A stretch of DNA of 64,000 bases from Dehalococcoidia bacterium (GCA_965203165.1 OZ241849.1:1281267-1345266); one strand, 5' to 3'; shown: positions 1 to 11,061, numbered from the stretch's first letter. Made by a program: numbers and translations. Notes: generated by a model from the letters alone, not told the origin.

Positions 1-669
1 TTGAGTGAAGACGCCCGACGGCGCGTTGAGTTGGCCGAAGTTGTTGAGTCCCCAGCATTCGACTGAGCCGTTCTCGCGCAGCGCGCAAGAGTGCGTGGTG
101 CCGGCGCTGACCTGGGTGAAGACGCCTTCGGGGGCGTTGGCGCGTCCAAAGCTGGCGCGGCCCCAGCAGGCGATTTCTCCCGAAACGCGCAGTCCGCAGG
201 CGTGGAGGTAGCCGGCGCTGACGGCGCTGAATTCGCCGTTGGGCGGATTCGCCTGGCCGTAGTCGAGCACGCTGCGGCCGAAGCTGTTGGTTCCCCAGCA
301 TTCGAGCTGGCCTGTCTCGCGGATGGCGCAGGCGAACTGCCAGCCCACCGCCACATCAACGAACGCGCCTGATGGCGCGTTCTGATCTGCGCCCCAGCAG
401 GCGATTTCGCCGTTCTCTTGGCGGATGGCGCAGTTGTGCCATGCTCCGGCGCTGATGGCGCTGTAGCGGCCTTCGGGGATGTCGCGTAGGTCGGCGGAGT
501 TGCCGCCCCAGCAGCGGATTACTCCGTCGGCGCGGAGGGTGCATTGGTGTTCGCCGCCGGCGTCTAGCGCGAGGTAGCGGCTGGTTGAGGTGGGGGTGGC
601 GGCTTGGGCGAGGGTCAGGGCGGCGAGTAGGAGCGCGGCGATCGCGAGGGCGATCGGGAGGAGTTTATG
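1..669 (-). CDS. RCC1-repeat secreted protein (N-terminal part; C-terminus lies beyond the window start). No in-frame start codon; a C14 homopolymer abuts the signal peptide.
   Basis: Reverse-strand translation gives repeated ...HSCALRENGSVECWG... and ...GEHQCTLRADGVIRCWG... motifs typical of RCC1/ATS1 repeats. It is preceded by a signal-peptide-like KLLPIALAIAALLLAALTLAQA. The frame is open to the window edge. Confidence 0.55.
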
Positions 670-791
670 CCCCCCCCCCCCCCGATCGGGTGAGCGCCGC
701 CGCCGCGCGGCGGGCGCGTTGGGCGGTGGTTTGGGGGTTGGCGGCGTGGTTCACGGTTGTCACTTTACACCAGTGGGGTGCCTGCGTCATA

Positions 792-1550
792 GCGGGGCTT
801 GGTGCGGGGGAGCTGGGCGCGGGGCTTGGTGCTGGTCACGGCGAGATACCCGCGGCAAGCGCGGGTATGACGGATCTCTTTCGCGCGGGTGTAACGGAGG
901 TGGGTGCGCGGGTGTGGCGGGATGGCGGGCGCGGGGGAGTTGGGCGCGGGGCTTGGTGCGCAGCGCGGCGAGATACCCGCGGCAAGCGCGGGTATGACGG
1001 ATCTCTTTCGCGCGGGTGTGACGGGGGTGGGTGCGCGGGTGGGGCGTGGGGGAGTTGGGCGCGGGGCTTGGTGCTGGGCGCGGCGAGATACCCGCGGCAA
1101 GCGCGGGTATGACGAATCTAGCTCGCGCGGGGGTGGCGGGGGTGGGCGTGCGGGTGTGGCGGGGCTTGGGGCGCGGGGAGCTGGGCGCGGGGCTTGGTGC
1201 TGGGCGCGGCGAGATACCCGCGGCAAGCGCGGGTATGACGAATCTAGCTCGCGCGGGGGTGGCGGGGGTGGGCGTGCGGGTGTGGCGGGGCTTGGGGCGC
1301 GGGGAGCTGGGCGCGGGGCTTGGTGCTCGACGCGGCGAGATACCCGCGGCAAGCGCGGGTATGACGGATCTGGGGCGCGGGTGTGGCGGTCTGGCTCGCG
1401 CGGGTGTGACGGTCTGGCTCGCGCGGGTGTGACGGAGGTGGGTGCGGGGGGGTGACGGCCCAGCTCGCGCGGGGGTGGCGGTCTAGCTCGCGCGGGGGTG
1501 GCGGAGGTGGTTTGTGCGGGGGTGGGGGAGGTGGTGGGTGGGGCGGGTAG
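792..1550. repeat. Repeat cluster A: about 6 tandem units of roughly 120 bp, each carrying the palindromic core GGCGAGATACCCGCGGCAAGCGCGGGTATGAC
   Basis: The core recurs with a 120-bp period at about 848, 968, 1088, 1208 and 1334. Inter-core segments are mutually similar (GGGGCTTGGTGC flank), so these are not unique spacers. Confidence 0.85.
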
Positions 1551-1559
1551 CATCTGCTT

Positions 1560-2834
1560 ATGAGCATGCACGCGCCGCAGGAGGCTGGGCCGCTGCCGCC
1601 TGCGGCTGGTGGGGCGCTGCCGCCTGGGGCGCTGCCGCCTGCGCCTGGTGGAGCGCTGCCGCCGGAGGCTGGTACTCCGCTGCGGTATCGGCGGGGGGTT
1701 CGCGACTTTGTTGTTCAGGCGATCTATGTGGGGGTCACCGCGCTGGTGATCGCCTATGTCGTGCTGCAGCTGGGGGGGCGGGAGTACGGCTTCGGCTTCC
1801 TTAATCAGCCGGCGGCCTTTGATGTCGGCAACCAGTGGCTGACCAGCATTGACGGCACGACCAACTCGCGCTTCACGATGTACCTCGTGGGCGTCTGGTC
1901 GACGATTCGCGTGGTTGTGCTGGCGATCGCGCTTTCGACGGTGCTGGGGATTCTGATCGGCGTGGCGCGGCTCTCCTCCAACTGGCTCGTCTCGCGGTTG
2001 GCGATGCTGTTCGTGGAGACTTTCCGCAACGCGCCGCTGTTCGTGCAGATTGTGCTCTGGTACGCGGTCGTGCTGTTCGGGCTGCCGACGATTCAGAACG
2101 TGATCAACATCGGCGATTTCGCCTACCTCTCGAACCGGGGGATCGCGATTCCCTGGCCTGTGCCCGACGGCGGCTGGTGGGGCGGGCCGGACTGGCTGGT
2201 GGGCGTCTGGGTGGCGGCGCTGATCCTGGCGGGCGCGGCGGCCTGGCGGCTGCGCCGCGGGCGGCAGATTTTGGAGCGCGAGACGGGCGAGATTCGGCAC
2301 CCCAACCGCTGGGCGCTGGGGCTGTTCGCCGGGCTGGCGCTGCTCAGCTTTCTGCTGCTGGGCGGGCCGGTCGCGATCGACCGCCCGATCGTCGAGGGCA
2401 CCAGCTACGCCGAGGGGATGGGCATTTTCCCGGAGTTCGCCGCGCTGCTGCTGGGCCTGACGATCTACACCGCCGCGTTCGTCGCGGAGATCGTGCGCGG
2501 CAGCATTCAGGCGCTGCCGCGCGGGCAGAGCGAAGCGGCCAGCGCGATCGGGCTCAACGCCTACCAGCGGCTGACGCTGGTCGTCCTGCCGCAGGCGCTG
2601 CGGCAGATGATCCCCTCGATGACCAATCAGTACCTCAACGTGAGCAAGAATTCGAGCCTCGCTTCGGGCGTCTCCTATTTCGACCTGTTCTTCGTGGCCA
2701 ACATCATTCAGAACAAGATCGGCCACGCGGTCGAGGTCTTTCTGCTGATTATCGTGACCTACATGCTGATGTCGCTGTTGATCTCGGTGGTGATGAACTA
2801 CATCAACCGCCGGGTGACGCTGCACACGGTCTAG
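1560..2834 (+). CDS. Polar/general amino-acid ABC transporter permease (AapQ/BztB-like)
   Basis: Multi-TM protein with the conserved ABC permease EAA-region ...SIQALPRGQSEAASAIGLN.... The N-terminus is proline-rich low complexity. Followed by a second permease and an ATPase. Confidence 0.8.
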   Translation: MSMHAPQEAGPLPPAAGGALPPGALPPAPGGALPPEAGTPLRYRRGVRDFVVQAIYVGVTALVIAYVVLQLGGREYGFGFLNQPAAFDVGNQWLTSIDGTTNSRFTMYLVGVWSTIRVVVLAIALSTVLGILIGVARLSSNWLVSRLAMLFVETFRNAPLFVQIVLWYAVVLFGLPTIQNVINIGDFAYLSNRGIAIPWPVPDGGWWGGPDWLVGVWVAALILAGAAAWRLRRGRQILERETGEIRHPNRWALGLFAGLALLSFLLLGGPVAIDRPIVEGTSYAEGMGIFPEFAALLLGLTIYTAAFVAEIVRGSIQALPRGQSEAASAIGLNAYQRLTLVVLPQALRQMIPSMTNQYLNVSKNSSLASGVSYFDLFFVANIIQNKIGHAVEVFLLIIVTYMLMSLLISVVMNYINRRVTLHTV

Positions 2835-2847
2835 AGGGGAGCGCGCG

Positions 2848-4119
2848 ATGGCCGAGCAGCCGCCGATTCCGCCCGCGCCCGACGCGCCGCCGGTCGGCGT
2901 CCATGCGCCGCGCAAGATCGTGCTGCCGCCGCACCGCGCGCGGGCGCACCGCCCGCTCTCGGAGCGCGCGCGCGAATGGGCGCGGCGCAACCTGTTCGCC
3001 TCGCCCGGGCAGATTGTGATGACGCTGCTCAGCCTGGCGCTGGTCGGCCTGATCGTCGCCGGGCTGGTCTGGTTCGTCTTTTTCGAGGCCAACTGGCGGG
3101 TGATCACCGTCAACCGCTGGCTGCTCTTCGCGGGGGGCTTCCCGCAGGAGGAGTCGTGGCGCTTGTGGCTGAGCGTGGCGGTGGTGTTCCCGCTGATCGG
3201 CGGCGCGTACGGGATGTGGGCCAGCCTGGGGCGGCGCGACCTGCTCTTCATCGCGCTCTCGGCCGCCTTCCTGTTCTTCCTGATGGCGCACGGCGGGGCG
3301 GGGCCCACTTCGTCGATCTGGTTCACCGCCTCGCTGACGCTCTTCTTCCTGGGCTACCTCGTCTGCCGCCGGATTCCGCGCGAGACGGGTCCGCGCCGCG
3401 ATCTGGCGGTGCGCTCGCTGTCGGCGCTGATTGTGCTGGCGCTGCCGATCGTGCTGGCCGTGCTGATGGCCGGCGGCGGGGCTCGCGCGAGCGAGTTCGG
3501 CGGCTTCATGCTCAACCTGATCCTCGCCCCGGTCGGCATTGTCGGGGGGCTGCTGCTGGCGGTGCCGCTGGCGCTAGGGCGGGCCTCCTCGCTGCGCGCG
3601 ATTTCCTGGACCTGCACCGCCTACATCGAGGTGATTCGCGGCGCGCCGCTGATCGGCTGGCTGTTCGTCGCGCTGTTCATCCTCGAAGACATCGTCTCGG
3701 GGCCGCTGATCGTGCGTACGATGATCGTGCTGGCCGTCTTCACCGCGGCCTACGTGGCGGAGTACATCCGCGGCGGGTTGCAGGCGCTGCCCAAGGGGCA
3801 GGCCGAGGCGGCGCAGGCGGTAGGACTGAGCCGCTGGCGCACGCTGCAGACGGTCGTGCTGCCGCAGGCGCTGCGGGTCTCGATTCCGCCGATCGTCGGG
3901 CAGGCGATCGGGCTGTGGAAGGACACGGCGCTGATTTCGATCATCCTGCCGCTGCGCGAGTTGGTGGGCAACTCGCGCGCGGCGATCGCCCAGTCGGAGT
4001 TCATTCCGGACCGGATCGAGGTCTACGCCTTCGCCGCGATCATGTTCTGGATCGTCGCGTTCATGATGTCGCGCATCTCGCAGCGTCTGGAGCGCTCGCT
4101 CGGCCTGGGCGAGCGTTAG
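2848..4119 (+). CDS. Amino-acid ABC transporter permease (AapM/BztC-like)
   Basis: Multi-TM protein; EAA motif ...GGLQALPKGQAEAAQAVGLS...; adjacent to the first permease. Confidence 0.8.
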   Translation: MAEQPPIPPAPDAPPVGVHAPRKIVLPPHRARAHRPLSERAREWARRNLFASPGQIVMTLLSLALVGLIVAGLVWFVFFEANWRVITVNRWLLFAGGFPQEESWRLWLSVAVVFPLIGGAYGMWASLGRRDLLFIALSAAFLFFLMAHGGAGPTSSIWFTASLTLFFLGYLVCRRIPRETGPRRDLAVRSLSALIVLALPIVLAVLMAGGGARASEFGGFMLNLILAPVGIVGGLLLAVPLALGRASSLRAISWTCTAYIEVIRGAPLIGWLFVALFILEDIVSGPLIVRTMIVLAVFTAAYVAEYIRGGLQALPKGQAEAAQAVGLSRWRTLQTVVLPQALRVSIPPIVGQAIGLWKDTALISIILPLRELVGNSRAAIAQSEFIPDRIEVYAFAAIMFWIVAFMMSRISQRLERSLGLGER

Positions 4120-4133
4120 GGCCAACGGCGGCG

Positions 4134-4358
4134 CTAGACGGCGGCGGGCAGGGAAACCGCAACGACGCTGGTCGTGGTGGTTGCCTCGGGGATCGGATCC
4201 CCGTCTTCCACGATGCCCTCGAGGTGAAACTTGATTGCGCTGCGGATCTCAGCTTCGGTCTCTTCGCGGGTCGATCCGGTGGCGATGCAGCCTGGCAAGT
4301 CAGGCACGTAGGCCGAGTAGTTGTTGGCGGCCTTCTCGATCACGACGACGTACTGCAC
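4134..4358 (-). CDS. hicB: HicB-family antitoxin (UPF0150), orphan
   Basis: YVVVIEKAANNYSAYVPDLPGCIATGSTREETEAEIRSAIKFHLEG matches the HicB/UPF0150 signature (YxVxIE...VPDLPGC...EEA). GTG start with a GGAGGTGA ribosome-binding site. No HicA gene is adjacent. Confidence 0.7.
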   Translation of the reverse strand: MQYVVVIEKAANNYSAYVPDLPGCIATGSTREETEAEIRSAIKFHLEGIVEDGDPIPEATTTTSVVAVSLPAAV

Positions 4359-4463
4359 GACTCACCTCCGCTCGCGCAAACCTGCTCGCCGCTGCGGGCA
4401 TCGTCTCCGAGCTTCGGTGGATGCTAGCATCGGCGGTAACCGAACATCGTTTGGAGCAGCCGA

Positions 4464-5306
<843 letters not shown>

Positions 5307-5322
5307 CGGCCGGGAGCGAGCA

Positions 5323-6051
5323 ATGCCGAGCATTCCCGCCGAGCTGGGCGATGTCCGCGCGCTGACCTTTGATGTCTTCGGCACGGTGGTCGACTGGCGC
5401 TCGTCGGTGATCGGCGAGCTGGAGTCGTTCGGCGCGCGGCACGGCCTGGAGGCCGACTGGGGCGTGTTCGCCGATCGCTGGCGGCGCGAGGGCTACGCGG
5501 GCGGGATGCGGCTGGTGCGCGACGGCGAACTGCCTTTTCAGACCGCCGACTCGCTGCACCGGCGAATGCTCGACATCCTGCTCACCGAGCTGGGCGCGGA
5601 GGTCGACGAGGATGAGGTCGCCGATCTCAACCGCGTCTGGCATCGGCTCGCGCCGTGGCCCGACTCGGCGGCGGGGCTGGCGCGGCTGCGCGCCGGCCAC
5701 ACCATCTCGACGCTCTCCAACGGCAACGTCGAGCTGTTGGTCAACATGGCCAAATTCGGCGGGCTGCCCTGGGACTGCATCCTCTCGGCCGAAATCACCG
5801 GCGCGTTCAAGCCTGAGGCGCGCTGCTACGAGCGGGCCGCCGAGCTGCTCGGCTGCGAGCCGCCGCAGGTGATGATGGTGGCCGCCCACCAGGGCGACCT
5901 GCTGGCCGCCGCGCAAACAGGGATGCGCACCGCCTTCGTCCCGCGCCCCAACGAAGCCGGTCCCAACCACCCGGCCGACCTGACCCCCGACCCATCCTTC
6001 AACATCGTCGCTTCCGACTTCCACGACCTCGCCCGCCAGCTCGGCCTCTGA
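5323..6051 (+). CDS. HAD-superfamily hydrolase, haloacid dehalogenase type II-like
   Basis: N-terminal motif FDVFGTVVDW (HAD motif I, typical of L-2-haloacid dehalogenase family). Confidence 0.7.
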   Translation: MPSIPAELGDVRALTFDVFGTVVDWRSSVIGELESFGARHGLEADWGVFADRWRREGYAGGMRLVRDGELPFQTADSLHRRMLDILLTELGAEVDEDEVADLNRVWHRLAPWPDSAAGLARLRAGHTISTLSNGNVELLVNMAKFGGLPWDCILSAEITGAFKPEARCYERAAELLGCEPPQVMMVAAHQGDLLAAAQTGMRTAFVPRPNEAGPNHPADLTPDPSFNIVASDFHDLARQLGL

Positions 6052-6111
6052 CTCGGCGCGCACGCGATATCTTCCCTGCAACGAGGCAGCGAGCGAGCGA
6101 GGAGTGCGACA

Positions 6112-6906
6112 GTGCTGGACGCGCAGAGCTACACGACGATCGAGATTGAAAAGCGCGGCGACGGGGTGGTGATCGCCAGGCTGAACCGCCCCGAGAAGCT
6201 CAACGCGGTCAACGCCGCGATGCACCGCGAGCTGGCTGCCCTGCCGCTTGACGCCAACCGCGACCCGGATGTGCGCGTGCTGGTGCTGACCGGCGCGGGG
6301 CGGGCGTTCTGCGCCGGCGGCGATTTCAGCGCGGATCGCGATGAGCCGATGGGCGGGAGCTACCTCAACTCGCTCAACGAGGCTCGCCTGATCGTGGATA
6401 ACTGGCTGGACCTGGAGAAGCCCGCGATTGCCGCGGTCAACGGCTACGCGCTGGGGCTGGGCGCGACGGTCGCGCTGCTCTCGGATGTGGTCTACGCCGG
6501 CAAGAGCGGCGTGCTCGGCGACACGCACGTGAACATGGGGATCGGGGCGGGCGACGGCGGCGGGGTGCTTTGGCCGATGCTGATCGGCCCTTCCCGCGCC
6601 AAGTACTACCTGATGACCGGCGAGCACATCAGCGCCGAAGCGGCGGCGGCGATGGGGCTGATCCACGCGGCAGTCGAGGATGACGAGCTGATGCCCACTG
6701 CGCTCGGTCTGGCGGAGCGTCTGGCCAACGGGCCGATCCGGGCGATCTCCGCTTCCAAGGTGCCGGTCAACAAGTGGGTCAAGTTCGTCTCGAATCTCGT
6801 GCTGCCCGTCTCCCTGGCGATGGAGGGGATCACGATGAGCGGCGGCGAGGCGTCCGAAGCCCAGGCCGCCTTCCGCGAAAAGCGCCAGCCGCGCTTCCGC
6901 GCCTAG
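6112..6906 (+). CDS. Enoyl-CoA hydratase/isomerase (crotonase family)
   Basis: LNRPEKLNAVN...VLTGAGRAFCAGGDF crotonase signature. Confidence 0.8.
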   Translation: MLDAQSYTTIEIEKRGDGVVIARLNRPEKLNAVNAAMHRELAALPLDANRDPDVRVLVLTGAGRAFCAGGDFSADRDEPMGGSYLNSLNEARLIVDNWLDLEKPAIAAVNGYALGLGATVALLSDVVYAGKSGVLGDTHVNMGIGAGDGGGVLWPMLIGPSRAKYYLMTGEHISAEAAAAMGLIHAAVEDDELMPTALGLAERLANGPIRAISASKVPVNKWVKFVSNLVLPVSLAMEGITMSGGEASEAQAAFREKRQPRFRA

Positions 6907-6968
6907 GCGCTCCCGATATGAGTGCCTGTACCCTGCCGTCTAGCGGGCGCGGGGGATAGGCTCGCGCT

Positions 6969-8531
6969 ATGGGATGGCATCGCCTGCTCTGGATCTTCGC
7001 GTGTCTGGCCTGCGCCGCGATCGCGGCCGCAGCCTGCGTTGACGACGCTGACGACGCGCGCGCCGCGTCGGCGCAGACTGAGCAACAGGCGGAACCGCGG
7101 GCCCGCCAGCAGGCGCAGTCCGAACCGGAAGAGCCAAGCGCCGCCGCGCCGCAGCAGCAGGCCGGCGAGCAGCAGCAGGACGCAGGCGAGGCGCAGTCGG
7201 ATCAGCAGCAGGAGCGGAGCGCTCGCCCGGCAATGCAGGCGCAGCAAAACGGGCAGGCCTACGCGCCGCAGCAGCAGGACGCATACGCGAGCGACGCGGC
7301 CGGTCCGCCCGCGGTCGCCGCGCCGCCGCGCGAAGTGATCACCGACGGATTCCCGCTGACGCCCAGCGCGCCCGCGGCGGGCGACGAATACGGCTGGTCG
7401 GCCGTTGTGGACGGCGACATCATCGCAGTCGGCGCGCCCTACCACGACGCTGTAGCCGAGGATGCCGGCGCGGTTTTCATCTTCGAGCGGAGCGGCGATG
7501 AGTGGGTTGAGACGGCGAAGCTGCTGCCGCCGTTCGGCGAGAAAGACGGGTGGTTCGGGCGCTGGTTGGCGCTCGACGACGGGCGGCTGCTGGTCGGCGC
7601 TCCCTACGAGGATCTCTGGCAAGCGTCAGGCGGCGATTGGGTCGTCGATGTGGGCGCGGCCTACATCTACGAGAAGGTGGACGGGGAGTGGGTGCGCACG
7701 GCGACGTTGCTGCCCGAAACGCTCGCGCCCGGCCTCTCGTTCGGTTGGTCGGTCGCGATCCACGGCGATCGCCTCGCCGTGTCGGCTTGGGCGGAGACAG
7801 TCGGCGAAGAGCTGGCGGGCGCCGTTTACGTCTACCAGGAGGCGAAGGGGCTGTGGCGTCTCGAAGAGCGCATTACCCCGCCCGAGCCGCAGGCCATTCA
7901 CCAGTTCGGGCGCGATATCGAGCTGGAGCAGAACGTGCTGGTCGTCGGCGCGCCGGGCCACGACGGGGATGAGCGCGAAGACATCGGGGCGGTGTTCGTC
8001 TACCACCGGTACGACCACACCTGGAACTTCACCGGCACGTTCATCGCGCCCGACGGCGGCGAGGGCGATGCGCTCGGCTCGCAGGTCACGCTGGCGCTGC
8101 CCTGGTTTGCGGCGGGCGCGCACAGCCATGACGGCGAGGAGTTGGAGGCGGGGGCGGTTTATGTCTGGCGGCTGGGCGATTACTGGGCGCTGCACAGCCG
8201 CTTGACTGCGTCGGATGTGGTGCTCGGCGACTGGTTCGGCTATGCGCCGGCGGTGGAAGGGGAGCGGCTGGTGATCGGCTCGCCGCACCGAGCGGATCCC
8301 GACACCGGCCTCTACCGCACCGGCGCGGCCTACATCTTCGAGCTGGAGGGCGACCAGTGGGTGGAGCGCGGCGTGGTGGGCCCGGTCGATCCCGTCCTGC
8401 ATGGCGAACAGGCGGAGTTCGGCTGGGTCACCGATGTGGACGGCGGCACCATCGTGGTAGGCGCCTGGCTGGCCGACACGGACGCCGGCGAGAACGCCGG
8501 GGCCGCGGCGGTTTATGTCGTTGACCCGTAG
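6969..8531 (+). CDS. FG-GAP repeat lipoprotein
   Basis: Signal/lipobox FACLACAAIAAAAC. A Q/A/E-rich low-complexity linker follows, then repeated ...FGWSVA..GD.L.VGAP... FG-GAP-like repeats. Confidence 0.55.
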   Translation: MGWHRLLWIFACLACAAIAAAACVDDADDARAASAQTEQQAEPRARQQAQSEPEEPSAAAPQQQAGEQQQDAGEAQSDQQQERSARPAMQAQQNGQAYAPQQQDAYASDAAGPPAVAAPPREVITDGFPLTPSAPAAGDEYGWSAVVDGDIIAVGAPYHDAVAEDAGAVFIFERSGDEWVETAKLLPPFGEKDGWFGRWLALDDGRLLVGAPYEDLWQASGGDWVVDVGAAYIYEKVDGEWVRTATLLPETLAPGLSFGWSVAIHGDRLAVSAWAETVGEELAGAVYVYQEAKGLWRLEERITPPEPQAIHQFGRDIELEQNVLVVGAPGHDGDEREDIGAVFVYHRYDHTWNFTGTFIAPDGGEGDALGSQVTLALPWFAAGAHSHDGEELEAGAVYVWRLGDYWALHSRLTASDVVLGDWFGYAPAVEGERLVIGSPHRADPDTGLYRTGAAYIFELEGDQWVERGVVGPVDPVLHGEQAEFGWVTDVDGGTIVVGAWLADTDAGENAGAAAVYVVDP

Positions 8532-8589
8532 GGGGCATTGCGCTCAGCCGCCCTGAGCCTCTCTCACCGCACAATCGCCGCGGACGCGC

Positions 8590-9625
8590 CTGCTGGGGTA
8601 TGGGGGGAGGAAGCGTGAGCGTGCGGGGTTTGGGCGGCGGCAAGCGGGCTTGGCGCTCATCACGGCGAGATACCCGCGGCGAGCGCGGGTATGACGGACC
8701 TATTTTTGCGCGGGTATGGCGGGCCTAACTCTGCGTGGGTATGGCGGAGTGGGTGCGCGGGTGGCCGGAGGAAGCGTGAGCGTGCGGGGTTTGGGCGGCG
8801 GCAAACGGGCTTGGCGCCCATCACGGCGAGATACCCGCGGCAAGCGCGGGTATGACGGACCTAATTTTGCGCGGGTATGGCGGGAGAGGGGCGCGCGGGT
8901 GCGGGGTTTGGGCGGCGGCAAGCGGGCTTGGCGCCCATCACGGCGAGATACCCGCGGCGAGCGCGGGTATGACCCTATTTTTGCGCGGGTATGACGGGCC
9001 GGACTCTGCGCGGGTATGGCGGGAGAGGGGCGCGCGGGTGGCTGGAGGAAGCGTGCGCGTGCGGGGTTTGGGCGGCGGCAAGCGGGCTTGGTGCTCATCA
9101 CGGCGAGATACCCGCGGCGAGCGCGGGTATGACGGACCTCTTTTGCGCGGGTATGGCGGACCTGACTCTGCGCGGGTATGACGGGCCTGATTCTGCGCGG
9201 GTATGGCGGACCTAACTCTGCGCGGGTATGGCGGGAGAGGGGCGCGCGGGGGCTGGAGGAAGTGTGCGCGTGCGGGGTTTGGGCGGCGGCAAGCGGGCTT
9301 GGCGCTCATCACGGCGAGATACCCGCGGCGAGCGCGGGTATGACGGACCTAATTTTGCGCGGGTATGACGGACCTAATTTTGCGCGGGTATGACGGACCT
9401 AATTTTGCGCGGGTATGACGGACCTAATTTTGCGCGGGTATGGCGGGCCTGATTCTGCGTGGGTATGGCGGACCTGACTCTGCGTGGGTATGGCGGGCCT
9501 AACTCTGCGCGGGTATGGCGGGCCTGATTCTGCGTGGGTATGGCGGGCCTGACTCTGCGCGGGTGTGGCGGGCCTGACTCTGCGCAGGTGTGGCGGAGGT
9601 TGCGGTGTGGGGGCGGGGGGCTTAG
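8590..9625. repeat. Repeat cluster B: 5 core palindromes plus nested 25-27 bp iterated half-sites
   Basis: Cores at about 8668, 8836, 8951, 9109 and 9313. GGGTATGACGGACCTAATTTTGCGC x4 at 9340-9440, then about 27-bp GGGTATGGCGGGCCTGAYTCTGCGY units to about 9600. Confidence 0.85.
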
Positions 9626-10497
9626 GTGTCCGTGAATTTTGGGCGGCGCTTTTCGGAGAAGGCTTTTGGGCCTTCGATCGAGTCGTTCATCCCCTGGAGG
9701 TTTTGCTCCATGGCGGCGCCGTATTGCTGGGCGGTGAGCGGCTCCATGTAGTAGCCGCGGTAGAGCGCCTGTTTGAAGTTTTGCACGGCGCGCGGGGCGA
9801 GGTAGAGCATCCGCCGCGCGTAGGCGAGCGCCGTTTCGAGCAGCATTTCGCGGGGCACGACGCGCTGCACCCAGCCGAGCTCGTAGCAGCGGCGGGCGTC
9901 GTATTGGGTGTCGCCCCAGAGGGTCAGCTCGAGCGCGGAGCCGAGCCCGATCTGGCGCGTCAGCGGGGCCATCCAGCCCGCGCCGCCCATGTTCCAGCGC
10001 GCTTCGGCGATGCCCACTTTGGCCTCCTCCGACATGATGCGAATGTCGCACTGCATCGCGTACATGAAGCCGCCGGCGACGGCCCAGCCGTTGATTGCGG
10101 CGATGGTCGGCTTCCAGAGGTTGAGCGTTTCGGAGAGCGGGGTGGGGTTTTTGCGTCGGTCGGGCGCGTGGACGCGCGACTCGCGGCCCTCGCGCGCCGC
10201 CTCGCGCAGCTCCGTCGTGTTGATCAGGTCGGCGCCGGCGCAGAAGGCGCGCCCGGCGCCGGTCAGCACGGCGCAGCGCGCGCGCGGATCGTCGCGGTAC
10301 TGCACAAAGGCGTCGTAGAGCGCCTCCGACAGCCCGTCGCCGATCGCGTTCAGCCGATGCGGGCGGTTCAGCGTGATCAGGTAGATGCCGCCGTCTTCGA
10401 GCAGGTCGACTTTGACCACCGGCCCGAAGGTCTCCTGCGGCGTGGCGCGGTTATGCACCGCGGGGTTGTAGGTCTCGTGCTGCGTCTCGTCCGGCAT
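9622..10497 (-). CDS. Enoyl-CoA hydratase/isomerase family protein
   Basis: MPDETQHE...LNRPHRLNAIG...VLTGAGRAFCAGADL. The start was re-derived (cat at 10495-10497). The 576-aa track ORF is a read-through into cluster C. Confidence 0.8.
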   Translation of the reverse strand: MPDETQHETYNPAVHNRATPQETFGPVVKVDLLEDGGIYLITLNRPHRLNAIGDGLSEALYDAFVQYRDDPRARCAVLTGAGRAFCAGADLINTTELREAAREGRESRVHAPDRRKNPTPLSETLNLWKPTIAAINGWAVAGGFMYAMQCDIRIMSEEAKVGIAEARWNMGGAGWMAPLTRQIGLGSALELTLWGDTQYDARRCYELGWVQRVVPREMLLETALAYARRMLYLAPRAVQNFKQALYRGYYMEPLTAQQYGAAMEQNLQGMNDSIEGPKAFSEKRRPKFTDT

Positions 10498-10605
10498 TTC
10501 GCTGCTCCCAACCGCCGCTGCGCTGCGGCAGGCGCAGGCTAAACTATGGCGCGGCCGTCGATTTGCGGCGATGATTCGAACAGCAAGGCGGGAGGCGAGG
10601 TGCGC

Positions 10606-11061
10606 ATGCAGCCACGAGCGATCGTGCTGATTCTGGCGATGATCTACATCGGCGGGATGGGGCTGGCCTACGGCTTCAACCTCGCGCTGACCCCCGTCTA
10701 CCACGACAACTCGCCGGACTACCCGATCTGGCGGATCATGAACGACATGGCGGTGCCGGTCGTGCTCGTGCTGCTGCCGTTGAACATCTGGCGCAAGTTC
10801 CGCCTGCCGGGCGGCGGCGACGCGGCGGTGACGCGCGAGTACCTGGGGACGACGATCGCCTTCTACGCGGCGATCGCGCTGATCATTCTCTTCTTCTGGG
10901 AGTGGTTCTGGTCGCTGTGGCCGGAGAACGAGGCGGGCGAATTCGTGGTGATCTCGCATCTGATCCACTACCCGGCGGTCGATGTCATCTTCTCGCTGCT
11001 GGCGATTGAGGCGGCGATCTGGCTCTACCGCGAGGCGCGGGCGGCGATGTCTGCGGGCTGA
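10606..11061 (+). CDS. Hypothetical small membrane protein
   Basis: Four predicted hydrophobic helices. ATG at 10606 is preceded by GGGAGGCGAGG; an alternative ATG lies at 10546. Confidence 0.4.
   Translation: MQPRAIVLILAMIYIGGMGLAYGFNLALTPVYHDNSPDYPIWRIMNDMAVPVVLVLLPLNIWRKFRLPGGGDAAVTREYLGTTIAFYAAIALIILFFWEWFWSLWPENEAGEFVVISHLIHYPAVDVIFSLLAIEAAIWLYREARAAMSAG

Noticed and set aside
792-1550. CRISPR array interpretation of the regularly spaced palindromic repeats (also at 8590-9625, 11171-11745, 17235-17860, 50890-51615)
   Set aside because: The inter-repeat segments are not unique spacers. They are conserved between units within a cluster and partly between clusters, periods are 110-180 bp, and no cas genes are present. 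They behave as tandem or composite repeat elements instead.
765-3326. 853-aa minus-strand ORF (also 590-1112, 904-1455, 1031-1432, 1244-1567)
   Set aside because: Proline/arginine-rich translation of the repeat cluster and antisense of the ABC permease; a high-GC artefact.
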